From contig NC_014972.1 in NCBI RefSeq assembly GCF_000186885.1, positions 3,570,001 through 3,602,000 of the forward strand: a stretch of DNA of 32,000 nt, written 5' to 3'. This DNA comes from Desulfobulbus propionicus DSM 2032 (GTDB lineage Bacteria; Desulfobacterota; Desulfobulbia; Desulfobulbales; Desulfobulbaceae). The notes under the pieces were generated by a model that was given only the letters and a program-made list of their open reading frames with translations, made no database searches and was not told the origin of the DNA. Below are positions 1 to 8,720 of the stretch, one piece after another; the first letter of the stretch is position 1, and each line of letters opens with the position of its first letter. Both the position numbers and the translations under genes were made by a program.

Positions 1-121
1 TTTGCTGTTCTTCGGAGGTTACGGTTTCCTGGTCATTGGCCAGCGCCGGAACGGCCATCCACGGCATCAGAGCCAGGGCAAAGAGTAACTGGCTCGGTTG
101 CAGTCTTATTCTTGATTGCAT
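1..121 (-). CDS. Secreted/periplasmic protein of unknown function, N-terminal fragment running off the left edge
   Basis: ATG at 121-119 follows an AAGGAGA-type RBS (minus strand: aaaaggagacacccATG). Translation is MQSRIRLQPSQLLFALALMPWMAVPALA/NDQETVTSEEQQ, a classic n-h-c signal peptide with an A-L-A cleavage motif. The frame stays open to position 1 and lies 35 nt downstream of the receptor stop. It is absent from the ORF track because it is truncated. Confidence 0.5.
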   Translation of the reverse strand, partial: MQSRIRLQPSQLLFALALMPWMAVPALANDQETVTSEEQQ

Positions 122-156
122 GGGTGTCTCCTTTTTGCTGTTTCTTTAGTTCAATC

Positions 157-2259
157 TCAAAACTTATAGGAATAACTGAGAAAAAAGGACTGACCAGGTT
201 TGGGGTAACCCTTTTTCTCGTAGTAGTCCTCGTCAAAGAGGTTATCGATGGTCAGCGCCACCCGGTGGTGCTCCAGAAAATTGTAGCCCACCACAAAATC
301 GATCACGGTAAAGGAAGGGTATTCGATCTCCGGGTAACCGGCGGTAACCCAGTCGGTGTCACGCATCGGTCCAACGGTACGAAAATGGAGACGGCTGTCG
401 ATGGTGCCATCATCGTATTCCACCCCATAGTTATAGGTGTAGTCGGCGACATTGTAGATATCGCGATTGGTGCCGGCAGTGACCTCCTCTTCCGCCGAAA
501 AGATGGTGGTATTGTTGACGTAGAACTTGAGGCTGCGGTTCCAGTGCAGGGGTACGCCGAGATCAAAACTCAAGGTTGATTCCAGCCCCTGAATATCGGC
601 ACCCAGTGCGTTGATATAGGTTTTGACGTTACCGCTCTGGGTGGTGGTGATGCGATCATCGACCGTGGTGTCGAAATAGGTGACATCCAATGCCACACCC
701 CAGGCAGGGAGTTCATAGCCGACACCCGCGTCCCAGGTGGTCGAGGTTTCGGGATCAAGTCCGCTGTTGCCTTGGGTGATCATGGTGACGCCGCCGACCA
801 TGGTTTCGGAATAACCGGCCAGTTCAAAAGCGCTGGGCGGGACAAAGGCTTGGCCGATGGTGGAATGCAGTCGAATACCGGAATCAAAGAGGTAGTTGGC
901 GCCGACCCGGGGACTGAAGGTGGAAAAATCCTCGGTCGTGGGATCAAAGCCGCTCATGTAGGGGGTGGACAGGGTTTCAACCTCAAAGGTGTCATAACGT
1001 CCGCCGCCGGTGAGGGTCAGGCGTTTATCATTGAACTTCCACACCGATTCGAGATAACCGGCCAAGTTGGTGCGGCCTTCATCGGGGGAAGAGGGCGCCT
1101 TGCGGCTGCCGCTGGTGGTGTAACTGCGCGAGAGTTTTTCGATGTACTGGTAATCGAATCCAGCAATAAACTTGTGATCGCCCCAGGTGTAGGTATCCTG
1201 CAACTGCCACCCATCCCAGGTGGTGTCGGAATCATAGCTCCGATAGGTGGGAACGGTTTTGCTACCGGAATAGTTCGAGTAATTTTCAGCCTCTTCCTCG
1301 GTATGGTAGACGGTGGCCCCGACCTCATTATTGGCGCCCAGTCCGCCACCGACCCGCAGATCGACACCGTTATTGTCGATATCCTTGCTGCCGCTGCGCA
1401 CATCGCCGTAGGCCACGTCACCGGGGGTTTCAATGTCACGGCCCTGGTACATATTGGCGGAAAAATCCGCTCGCCAGTCATCGGCAAAATTGCCGCCAAT
1501 GCGCACTGAACCGTTGCGGGTGCTGTAGGCGGTGCTGGCGCGTTCATCACCATTGTCCCCGGTTTTCAGATTATCGGCCTGCTCGTACCGGCCAGCAGCC
1601 ACATTAAAATCCAGCTTGTCGGCAATAATGGCCCCACCGGTATTCAGTTTCTCGAAATTGGTATCAAAGCTGCCAAATCCGGCCTCTACCTCACCGGCAA
1701 TGCCCTTAGTATTTTTCTTGGTGATCACATTGACCACGCCTCCCATAGCCTCGGCACCGTACAACGAGGAGGCGGGTCCTTTAAGGACCTCAATGCGTTC
1801 GACGTTATCGGTGAGCACGGTGGCCAGGTTGGTGGCACCAATGGGGCGGCCGTCGAGAAGAATCAAGCTGTGTTTGGTGATACCGGAAAACTCGGGCCGG
1901 AAGCCGCGGATGCCGATACCTGCCAAGGCTCCCGGATACTCGATCACACTGACCGAACTCGATTTTTTCAGCTGTTCGGTGATCATGGTGGCTGCGGTCA
2001 TCTCGATGTCGTGGCTGTCGATGACCTCGATCTTGGTGGGAATCTCGAGGATGTTCTCCTCACTTTTGGTTGCCGTGACCACCATTTCTTCGGCTTTTTG
2101 CTTGATTGCCACGTCATCTTGCTTCTCCTGCTCAATCTGGACGGATTTCTTCTTGGCCGCCTCGATGGCGGGTTGATCCTGGGCCATGATCGGTTGTGCC
2201 GTACACAGCACCAGGGCCAGTACAAGCCGATCAAATCGTTTCACTCCTTTTGGTTGCAT
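157..2259 (-). CDS. TonB-dependent outer-membrane receptor (BtuB-like corrinoid receptor candidate)
   Basis: 700 aa with signal peptide MQPKGVKRFDRLVLALVLCTAQPIMA and a TonB-box-like EEMVVTATK. The plug motif reads IEVLKGPASSLYGAEAMGGVVNVITKK and the C-terminal beta-signal ends ...SYSYKF. RBS caggagagcaaaggATG. A cobalamin riboswitch lies directly upstream. Confidence 0.93.
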   Translation of the reverse strand: MQPKGVKRFDRLVLALVLCTAQPIMAQDQPAIEAAKKKSVQIEQEKQDDVAIKQKAEEMVVTATKSEENILEIPTKIEVIDSHDIEMTAATMITEQLKKSSSVSVIEYPGALAGIGIRGFRPEFSGITKHSLILLDGRPIGATNLATVLTDNVERIEVLKGPASSLYGAEAMGGVVNVITKKNTKGIAGEVEAGFGSFDTNFEKLNTGGAIIADKLDFNVAAGRYEQADNLKTGDNGDERASTAYSTRNGSVRIGGNFADDWRADFSANMYQGRDIETPGDVAYGDVRSGSKDIDNNGVDLRVGGGLGANNEVGATVYHTEEEAENYSNYSGSKTVPTYRSYDSDTTWDGWQLQDTYTWGDHKFIAGFDYQYIEKLSRSYTTSGSRKAPSSPDEGRTNLAGYLESVWKFNDKRLTLTGGGRYDTFEVETLSTPYMSGFDPTTEDFSTFSPRVGANYLFDSGIRLHSTIGQAFVPPSAFELAGYSETMVGGVTMITQGNSGLDPETSTTWDAGVGYELPAWGVALDVTYFDTTVDDRITTTQSGNVKTYINALGADIQGLESTLSFDLGVPLHWNRSLKFYVNNTTIFSAEEEVTAGTNRDIYNVADYTYNYGVEYDDGTIDSRLHFRTVGPMRDTDWVTAGYPEIEYPSFTVIDFVVGYNFLEHHRVALTIDNLFDEDYYEKKGYPKPGQSFFLSYSYKF

Positions 2260-2386
2260 CCTTTGCTCTCCTGTGATGGTTGGTTATTTCTCGTGAACAC
2301 AGAGGCAAAGCGGCACCCTCCTGAGCAAGGAAGCAATTTCCTTGCGATGCGCATCCCTGTATCCTCGACAGTCGTGGCACAATTGG

Positions 2387-2568
2387 CATGGTCGGCAGGT
2401 CTTCTGACTCTCCTCCCCCAACCGAACCCTTCCCATGCGGTATGCACAGTGGCGTTCTCTCGGTGGGGCGCCCTGATTTTCGGTCAAGGCGGGGATAACA
2501 GCGGCGGGACCGTTCCCGATTTGCACGGGATTCCCTTTTACCGTCCGCAACTTCGGACGACCGACATG
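2387..2568 (-). promoter_or_regulatory. Cobalamin (B12) riboswitch aptamer no.1, expression platform extending to about 2260
   Basis: The minus strand carries core elements: ggtaaaaGGGAAtcccGTGcAAAtCGGgaaCGGtCCCGCcGCTGT, GCCACTG, GGGAAGG, and the B12 box AGTCAGAAGACCTGCC (revcomp of 2393-2408). P1 forms between catgtcggtcg and cgaccatg. Downstream hairpin gcaaggaa/ttccttgc (2325-2345) has no U-run, so control is probably translational or Rho-dependent. Confidence 0.85.
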
Positions 2569-2584
2569 CACATTGATCATTCTG

Positions 2585-3808
2585 TTACGGCATGGTTGTT
2601 TCCTCCTGATCACGCATGGTGCATGCAGGGGTGGCCCCGGCTGAGCCCAGCGTTTCCATACTCCGCCATTTTTCCGCAAACCCCAGGGCAAGTGCCCGGC
2701 AGGTGAGATGGAGAAAGGCCTGGTTATCGGTCTGCCGGCAGGTTGGCGCCAGGGTCTGGCGATAGTGGTCCAATCGGCAATAATCACCGCTGACGGCACA
2801 AGCCGTCTGCGCGGCATAGGCGGCCATGATCTCACTCCAGCAGGTCCTGGGCAGCACGCCCCAGGCAATTTTGTCGCGCAGATGCATCAGGGCGGCCACT
2901 GCGGCCACGGTGAGCGGATCATGTTCAAAGGCGAGGAAATTGGCGCGCAGCAGATCCGCCTGATCCTGATCCAGGAAGGCGCAGATTTCGTCGGCCAGCC
3001 CGGCGCGATTGATGCCGAAGCGTTCCAGATGGATCTTGAGCGAACATTGCCCGGCCGGGGTGAGGTTGTTCTGCCGGGCCAGGGTACCCTTGATCGCCTC
3101 AAAGACGGCACGTCCGATCAGTTCGCCGAGCTTGGCGTGCTTGCCGGCACTGGTCAGGAGCGGTCCATTACCCTCCATGGCCGCCACCGCAATCTGATCG
3201 GTGCCAGTGCCGGTGGCCAGGCCATCGGAGTAGCGGGAGTTGACCGCCAGTTCCTGGAGCACTGCGGTTTTGGCCTCGGTGGCGGTCATGATGCAGCGGG
3301 TCAGGGCACCGGGGATGAGCGGCTGGCTGATAAAGAGCAGGGTGTTAATGGTGCCGGGGCCAGGGATGGTTTCCGCCGGCGGCAATCGTTCAAAACCCTC
3401 CGCAGTTTCCACCACTGAAGCCGGGTCACCGACCCTCCCGGCATTGCCCTCGACGCCGCCGGTACAGACAGCCGCCACGGTGAGATCGCGAAACTGCTGC
3501 ACCGCGATGCAGGCATGGTGCATGTTGGCCGCTGTACCCAAGGTGGCGCAGGCCTCGGCCTCCAGGTTGTGCCGCTCGCAGATGGAACGGCGGTAGGCCA
3601 GAGGATCACGATAGGCCATGGAAGGCAGACGATGGCAGTGCCCGGCCGGTTCACAACTCTGGTGGTTGTAGAGGCAGGTCAGATCGGTACGCAATCCCCC
3701 TGCCACCCGGCAGGTGGAGAGCACGCTGTGCGGCTTGAGGAAGCGGGCATAGATGATCTTTTCTTCGCGGTGGAGTTCCACGCCGTTGTAGAAGGTGTCG
3801 ATGAGCAT
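2585..3808 (-). CDS. cbiZ: Adenosylcobinamide amidohydrolase CbiZ (cytoplasmic form) with ~150-aa C-terminal extension
   Basis: 407 aa with no signal peptide. CbiZ motifs are GTINTLLFIS, IMTATEAKTAVL, ATGTGTDQIAV and GKHAKLGELIG. The C-terminal ~150 residues are helical and unassigned. Confidence 0.88.
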   Translation of the reverse strand: MLIDTFYNGVELHREEKIIYARFLKPHSVLSTCRVAGGLRTDLTCLYNHQSCEPAGHCHRLPSMAYRDPLAYRRSICERHNLEAEACATLGTAANMHHACIAVQQFRDLTVAAVCTGGVEGNAGRVGDPASVVETAEGFERLPPAETIPGPGTINTLLFISQPLIPGALTRCIMTATEAKTAVLQELAVNSRYSDGLATGTGTDQIAVAAMEGNGPLLTSAGKHAKLGELIGRAVFEAIKGTLARQNNLTPAGQCSLKIHLERFGINRAGLADEICAFLDQDQADLLRANFLAFEHDPLTVAAVAALMHLRDKIAWGVLPRTCWSEIMAAYAAQTACAVSGDYCRLDHYRQTLAPTCRQTDNQAFLHLTCRALALGFAEKWRSMETLGSAGATPACTMRDQEETTMP

Positions 3809-3917
3809 GTTGGTCGGTTGTTTCGTCTGTGGGTTGATAGTCTGTTGGGTTTTATGCGGAAGGGTTCGGCTGCCTGAAAAGATACAGACTCAACAGCTCT
3901 CAGCTCTCCACCTCTCC

Positions 3918-4652
3918 TCAATCCCTGGCCCGATTGACCGAGTGCAGGGCCAGCCAGAAAAAAAACAGGCCGATGACCAGCAGTACCAGATAATCAAAAC
4001 CTTCCGCCGGCTGGCCGAGGCTGGTGGCACGGATGGCGTGTGAGGCATGGGTCAAGGGCAGAAAGGAAAGCAAGGCCTGGGCCCAGACCGGCAGCTTTTC
4101 CACCGGGAAAAAGGTGCCGCCCAGAAAGGCCATGGGGGTGATGATAAAGCTGGTGAGCAGGCTCTGGTCGGCATGCGACTTGACCAGCATGGCCATGGCC
4201 ACCGCCAGGGAGGCGAACACGAAGCAGTTGAGCGCGACCGCCAGCCAGAACAGCAGCCCATAGTGAAGCACTACGCCAAAGGGCAGACTGAGCAGCAAAA
4301 TCACCGCCACACCCAGGAGCGCCCGGGTCATACCGGCCAGGGTCTCACCGGCCACATAGGCCAGATTGCTGATCGGTGCAGCCTGGAACTCCTCGAAGAT
4401 GTTCCAGTAAAAACGGGCCACATTGATGTCGGTGGCAATAGCAAAGGCCTGGGTCATGCTCGCCATGGCCACCAGGCCAGGGATAAGAAAATGAAGGTAG
4501 GACTGCTCGCCGAAACGAATCAAATCGCCCATGGCATAGCCAAAGGTGATCAGATACAGCAGCGGCGACACCGCCATCCCGGCCAATTGGCGCTTGAAAC
4601 GGTACTTGAGAATCAACATCTCCCGCAGATAGACCGCGACGAACCCGTTCAT
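3918..4652 (-). CDS. ABC-2 type transporter permease
   Basis: 244 aa with about 6 TM segments, starting MNGFVAVYLREMLILKYRFKRQL as is typical of the ABC-2 membrane family. The ATG overlaps the stop of the upstream ATPase (ATGA). Confidence 0.85.
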   Translation of the reverse strand: MNGFVAVYLREMLILKYRFKRQLAGMAVSPLLYLITFGYAMGDLIRFGEQSYLHFLIPGLVAMASMTQAFAIATDINVARFYWNIFEEFQAAPISNLAYVAGETLAGMTRALLGVAVILLLSLPFGVVLHYGLLFWLAVALNCFVFASLAVAMAMLVKSHADQSLLTSFIITPMAFLGGTFFPVEKLPVWAQALLSFLPLTHASHAIRATSLGQPAEGFDYLVLLVIGLFFFWLALHSVNRARD

Positions 4653-5488
4653 GACACCACCTTCTTGCCGGTGAGGCTTAAGAAGGCATCCTCAAGATTG
4701 ACCCGCCGCAGGGTAAAGCCGCAGTCCTGGGCAGCGGTAAATGCGGCGGCCTGGTCACGGTCGGCAAAGTAGAGGGTCTGCATCCCTTCTCCGTTCATCT
4801 GATCCACGGCCCAGTGGCCCAGGCGGGCCATCAAGTGTTGGGGGTTATCCAGGGCAACGATCCTGCCCTGGTCGAGAAAGGCCACCCGACCGGCGAGGAA
4901 TTCCGCCTCCTCGATGTAATGGGTGGTGAGAAAGATGGTGGCCCCATCCTGCTGCACCCGCTTGATCAGCGCCCAGATGCGGCGGCGAATCCCCGGATCC
5001 AGGCCAACGGTGGGTTCGTCCAGAAAGAGGATCTTTGGTTCGTGCATCAGCGCCCGGGCGATCATCAACCGCCGCTTGAGCCCGCCGGAGAGCTGTTTGA
5101 CCAGCGAATCCGCCCGGTCGAGCAGCTCGACATAGCTCAGCAACTCCTCGATCTTCTGCCGGCGGCGGCGTGCATCCATGGCAAAGAGCCGGCCGTGAAG
5201 GTCGAGGTTCTCGCGCACGCTCAACTCGCTGTCCAGGTTGATATGCTGGGTGACCAGCCCGCACTGCCGCTTGGCAGCCTGTGCGTCGGTGACAATGTCG
5301 TGACCGCCCAGGGTCACCCGCCCGCAGCCGATACGGGTCAGACCGGTGAGGATGCGGATGGTGGTGGTTTTGCCGGCACCGTTGGGACCGAGAAAAGCAA
5401 ACAGCTCGCCCGCGTCCACCGAGAGATCGATGCCGTCCACGGCCTTGACCTTGCCGTAGAATTTCTGCAGTTGGTTGATGTGGATCAT
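4649..5488 (-). CDS. ABC transporter ATP-binding protein (ABC-2/DrrA-like)
   Basis: 279 aa with Walker [10 protein letters not shown], signature LSGGLKRRL, Walker B ILFLDEPTVGLD and an H-loop in TTHYIEE. Confidence 0.92.
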   Translation of the reverse strand: MIHINQLQKFYGKVKAVDGIDLSVDAGELFAFLGPNGAGKTTTIRILTGLTRIGCGRVTLGGHDIVTDAQAAKRQCGLVTQHINLDSELSVRENLDLHGRLFAMDARRRRQKIEELLSYVELLDRADSLVKQLSGGLKRRLMIARALMHEPKILFLDEPTVGLDPGIRRRIWALIKRVQQDGATIFLTTHYIEEAEFLAGRVAFLDQGRIVALDNPQHLMARLGHWAVDQMNGEGMQTLYFADRDQAAAFTAAQDCGFTLRRVNLEDAFLSLTGKKVVS

Positions 5489-5525
5489 GAGTGTTTATGG
5501 GGTTTGTACGTTTTCTTGGAGAAAA

Positions 5526-5624
5526 GGAGATCCCTCACCTGCGTTCGGGATGACATCCGGGAGTTGACCAAGCTGTCTAATGGCCGCGCTTCCTCTGTCA
5601 TGTCGAGCGCAGCGAGAAATCTCC
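5526..5624. repeat. Imperfect inverted repeat (about 29-nt arms, 42-nt spacer) between chlI-like and the ABC-2 genes
   Basis: The left arm is ggagatccctcacctgcgttcgggatgac (5526-5554). The right arm is gtcatgtcgagcgcagcgagaaatctcc (5597-5624). They are mostly complementary, with wobbles and one bulge. On the transcribed (minus) strand TTTTCTCC follows. A related half-copy sits at 30136-30162. Confidence 0.6.
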
Positions 5625-5637
5625 CCGTTCAAAGCCA

Positions 5638-6678
5638 TCACTGCCCGGCCAGTGCCCGTTTACGCAGGGCCTGGACATTATCGGCGATCTCCATCAGCGG
5701 TTGCCGCCGTACCCGGTGCGGCAGGACCAGTTCGGCGCTGGCGCTGATGTCTGCCGATTCGACCTTGGTACGGCCGTCCAGGGCCGCCAGGGTCTTGGCG
5801 GTCTTGAGCATGATGATGTCGCCGCGATGCCCGTCCACCCCAACTTCCAGGCAGGTTTGCGCGATTTCGAACAGCAGCGGCCGCTGCACCTCAACCTGCG
5901 GGTAGAGGGCGCGGGCGATGAGCAAGCGGTCGGCCAGGGCCTCGGACTCGGCGATCCAGCGGGCGGCAAAGCCCTCCGGATCGAGATCAAAGGCAGCCCG
6001 CCGCTCCATGATCGTCACCCGGTCTTCCGCCCGGTGAATCCCCTCAATGTTAACGCAGAGACCGAAGCGGTCGAGCAACTGCGGCCGCAGCTCTCCTTCT
6101 TCCGGGTTCATGGTCCCCACCAGGGTGAAACGGGCCGGATGGGAAAAGGAGACCCCCTCACGCTCGATGGTGTTGACGCCCATGGCAGCGGAATCGAGCA
6201 GCACATCCACCACATGGTCATCGAGCAAGTTGACCTCATCGACATAGAGGATGTTGCGGTGTGCCTGGGCGAGGATGCCGGGCTCGATCCGTTTTTCCCC
6301 TTTTTTCAGGGCATGTTCGAGATCAAGGGTGCCCACCACCCGGTCCTCGGTGGCGCCCACAGGCAGCTCCACCACCCGCACCTTGCGCTTGCTCACCTCA
6401 GGGCAGGCCTCGGGAGGATGGCCTTGGGTGAGCAGACGGATCTCGGTAAACACATCCAACTCCGACTCGGGGTCGAGTTGGAACGGATCCTCGCTGAACA
6501 CTGCAATCTCGGGGAGGATGTCAGCCAGGGCACGGACCGCCGTCGACTTGGCCGTGCCCTTCTCACCGCGGATGAGCACCCCGGAGAGACCTGGATTGAC
6601 CACATTGAGCATCAGGGCCAGTTTCATTTTTTCCTGACCAACAATGGCGGTGAAGGGATAGATGGGTCGGTTGTTCAT
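5638..6678 (-). CDS. ChlI/BchI-like AAA+ ATPase subunit of a class I (CobN-type) chelatase
   Basis: 346 aa. The N-terminus [40 protein letters not shown] is the ChlI signature with Walker A. Walker B is [20 protein letters not shown], and [20 protein letters not shown] follows. The ATG overlaps the chlD-like stop (ATGA). Confidence 0.93.
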   Translation of the reverse strand: MNNRPIYPFTAIVGQEKMKLALMLNVVNPGLSGVLIRGEKGTAKSTAVRALADILPEIAVFSEDPFQLDPESELDVFTEIRLLTQGHPPEACPEVSKRKVRVVELPVGATEDRVVGTLDLEHALKKGEKRIEPGILAQAHRNILYVDEVNLLDDHVVDVLLDSAAMGVNTIEREGVSFSHPARFTLVGTMNPEEGELRPQLLDRFGLCVNIEGIHRAEDRVTIMERRAAFDLDPEGFAARWIAESEALADRLLIARALYPQVEVQRPLLFEIAQTCLEVGVDGHRGDIIMLKTAKTLAALDGRTKVESADISASAELVLPHRVRRQPLMEIADNVQALRKRALAGQ

Positions 6679-8720
6679 GGGTGTTGTCCTCGCACGATGT
6701 TGACCAAGGCTTCAGCCTTGAGGTCATCGATTTTAAAGTATTGGGCCTCCATGGCCCCGGCCAGCCGCCGGGCCAAACCGAAGGTGACCAGACCGGCCTC
6801 CTCGGTATCGACGACGATGGAGCGGATGCGCTGGTCACGGCCCAGGGCCTCAGCCAGGCGCAGTGACTCCTCCACCGGCTTCTGCTCCCCCAGGGAGACG
6901 TTGCACTTGCCGTCGGTGATAAAGAGCACAATGGGTTGGGCGGTGGGGTTCTTGATCAGGTAGTTGCGCACCTGCTCAAAACTCTTGGCCAGTCCGGCGG
7001 AAAGCGGGGTGCGCCCACCCACCGGCATCTCGGCAAGCAGCCGGCCGGCCATATCCACCGAGGTGGTGGGCGGCAGGTTGATGAAGGCCGCATCGCGGCG
7101 GAAGGTGATCATCGAGACCTTGTCGCGCTTCTGGTAGGCATCAAGCAGCAGCGACATCACCGCACCCTTAGAGGCGGCCATCCGCCCCCGCGCCCCCATG
7201 GAACCGCTGGCATCGACCACGAAGAGGAGAAAGTTGCCGATACGTTTCTCGCGCACCTTGGAGCGGATATCCTGGGGCCTGAGCTGCACCGCCAAGTCGC
7301 TGCCGTTTTTCCCTGCCCGCTGCTGCTGATACGGGGCAGCGGCGCGCAGGGTGGCATCGAGGGCAAAGTCGCCGTTATTGTGCAGGGTGCTCTTGACGTA
7401 TCGCCCCTGCTTCTGCGAGATACGGCTGCGCGTGCGTCGGCCCGAGCCCCGGCGCACCACCCGGTCCTTGGCGGCAGCAAGCGGTTTGACTTGAAAGGTG
7501 GAGCCGATGGCAAAGACCTGGTCCTCGCGTTCTGCGGCTGCCTGGCCCTGTATTTCCTCCTCGGCCTGTTCCTCGGATTGCGATTCCTCCTGGCTCTGCT
7601 CCTGCGGTTGGGGTGGAGGCGGTGCCGTCTGGCTTTGAGGATTCTCCTGGGGTTGTTGCTGTTCCTGCTGCTCGCTCTGTTCTTCCTGCTCCTGTTGGTC
7701 GGTTTCCTCGGGCAAAGGGGGTTCCGGTGGGGGCGGAGGGGGTGGGGGCTGGGCATCCCGGCGGCGGTGCAGCAGCACCAACGGCGCCACCTTGCCGATA
7801 TGTTCCACACTGACCTCGGTCTTGCCCTCCAGGGCGGCCAGGGCTCGCGCCGCCTGCTCCAGCACCAGGTCGGCCCGGTGACCGGCAACATTATTTTCTT
7901 GGCAGAGAGCAGCGATGAAGCCGCGCAGTCCCTTGCTGAGTCGCACCCAGGGCAGCAGGGTCTGTCCCTGGATGATACGGTGCGCCAGTTGCTCGTTCTC
8001 CTCGCGGTAGCGGCGAACAAAGCCGGCCGGATCCTGATCAAAGGCCTCGCGCCGCTCCATCAGTTCGACCCGCAACTCAGGCTCCTCGGCCCCGGTCACC
8101 TCCAGACAGAGGCCGAAGCGGTCGAGCAGTTGCGGCCGCAACTCGCCTTCTTCCGGATTCATGGTGCCCACGAGGATAAAGCGCGACGGATGGCGGTAGG
8201 AGATGCCCTCGCGCTCGATACGGTTCTCCCCGCTGGCCGAGGCATCGAGAATCAGATCGACGATGTGATCATCAAGCAAGTTGACCTCGTCGATGTAGAG
8301 CAGGCCGCGGTGGGCCTCGGCGAGCAGGCCAGGGGAGACCACCACCCGCCCCTCGCGCAGGGTACGGGGGAAATCAATGCCACCGCTGACCCGATCTTCG
8401 GTGGCATTGAGCGGCAGATCCACCAAGGGTACCGGCCGGGTGGCACGGGGCAGATCCGGAAAGCGCCGCTCGCATTCCGGGCAACGTGGGCTTGAGGGCG
8501 CGGGCGAACAGCTGTTGACGCAACCCGCCACCACCTCCATCTCCGGTAGCAAGGCTGCCAGGGCCCGCACCATGGTCGACTTGGCCGTGCCCTTTTCGCC
8601 GCGCACCAGCAGGCCGCCAACGCCGGGATTGATGGCCGCCAGCAGCAGCGCCTGCTTGAAGCTGTCCTGGCCGACCACCGCCGCCAGGGGATAGATCGCT
8701 TTTCTCATGCAATTCCCCAT
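6675..8720 (-). CDS. ChlD/BchD-like chelatase subunit (AAA+ N-domain, Pro/Gln/Glu-rich linker, C-terminal vWA domain)
   Basis: Start re-called to ATG 8720-8718 ([21 protein letters not shown]...), which shares one base with the TGA of the upstream receptor. The AAA+ region reads GEKGTAKST and [13 protein letters not shown]. The linker is [34 protein letters not shown]. The vWA/MIDAS region reads [10 protein letters not shown].... Confidence 0.9.
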   Translation of the reverse strand: MGNCMRKAIYPLAAVVGQDSFKQALLLAAINPGVGGLLVRGEKGTAKSTMVRALAALLPEMEVVAGCVNSCSPAPSSPRCPECERRFPDLPRATRPVPLVDLPLNATEDRVSGGIDFPRTLREGRVVVSPGLLAEAHRGLLYIDEVNLLDDHIVDLILDASASGENRIEREGISYRHPSRFILVGTMNPEEGELRPQLLDRFGLCLEVTGAEEPELRVELMERREAFDQDPAGFVRRYREENEQLAHRIIQGQTLLPWVRLSKGLRGFIAALCQENNVAGHRADLVLEQAARALAALEGKTEVSVEHIGKVAPLVLLHRRRDAQPPPPPPPPEPPLPEETDQQEQEEQSEQQEQQQPQENPQSQTAPPPPQPQEQSQEESQSEEQAEEEIQGQAAAEREDQVFAIGSTFQVKPLAAAKDRVVRRGSGRRTRSRISQKQGRYVKSTLHNNGDFALDATLRAAAPYQQQRAGKNGSDLAVQLRPQDIRSKVREKRIGNFLLFVVDASGSMGARGRMAASKGAVMSLLLDAYQKRDKVSMITFRRDAAFINLPPTTSVDMAGRLLAEMPVGGRTPLSAGLAKSFEQVRNYLIKNPTAQPIVLFITDGKCNVSLGEQKPVEESLRLAEALGRDQRIRSIVVDTEEAGLVTFGLARRLAGAMEAQYFKIDDLKAEALVNIVRGQHP

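Noticed and set aside
7550-7760. Repetitive-looking CAG/CCG/GAG-rich DNA, with a similar stretch at about 29790-29900
   Set aside because: These are not tandem repeats or CRISPR. They encode the Pro/Gln/Glu-rich linker normal for ChlD-type proteins and the flexible linker of the CobN-like tail.
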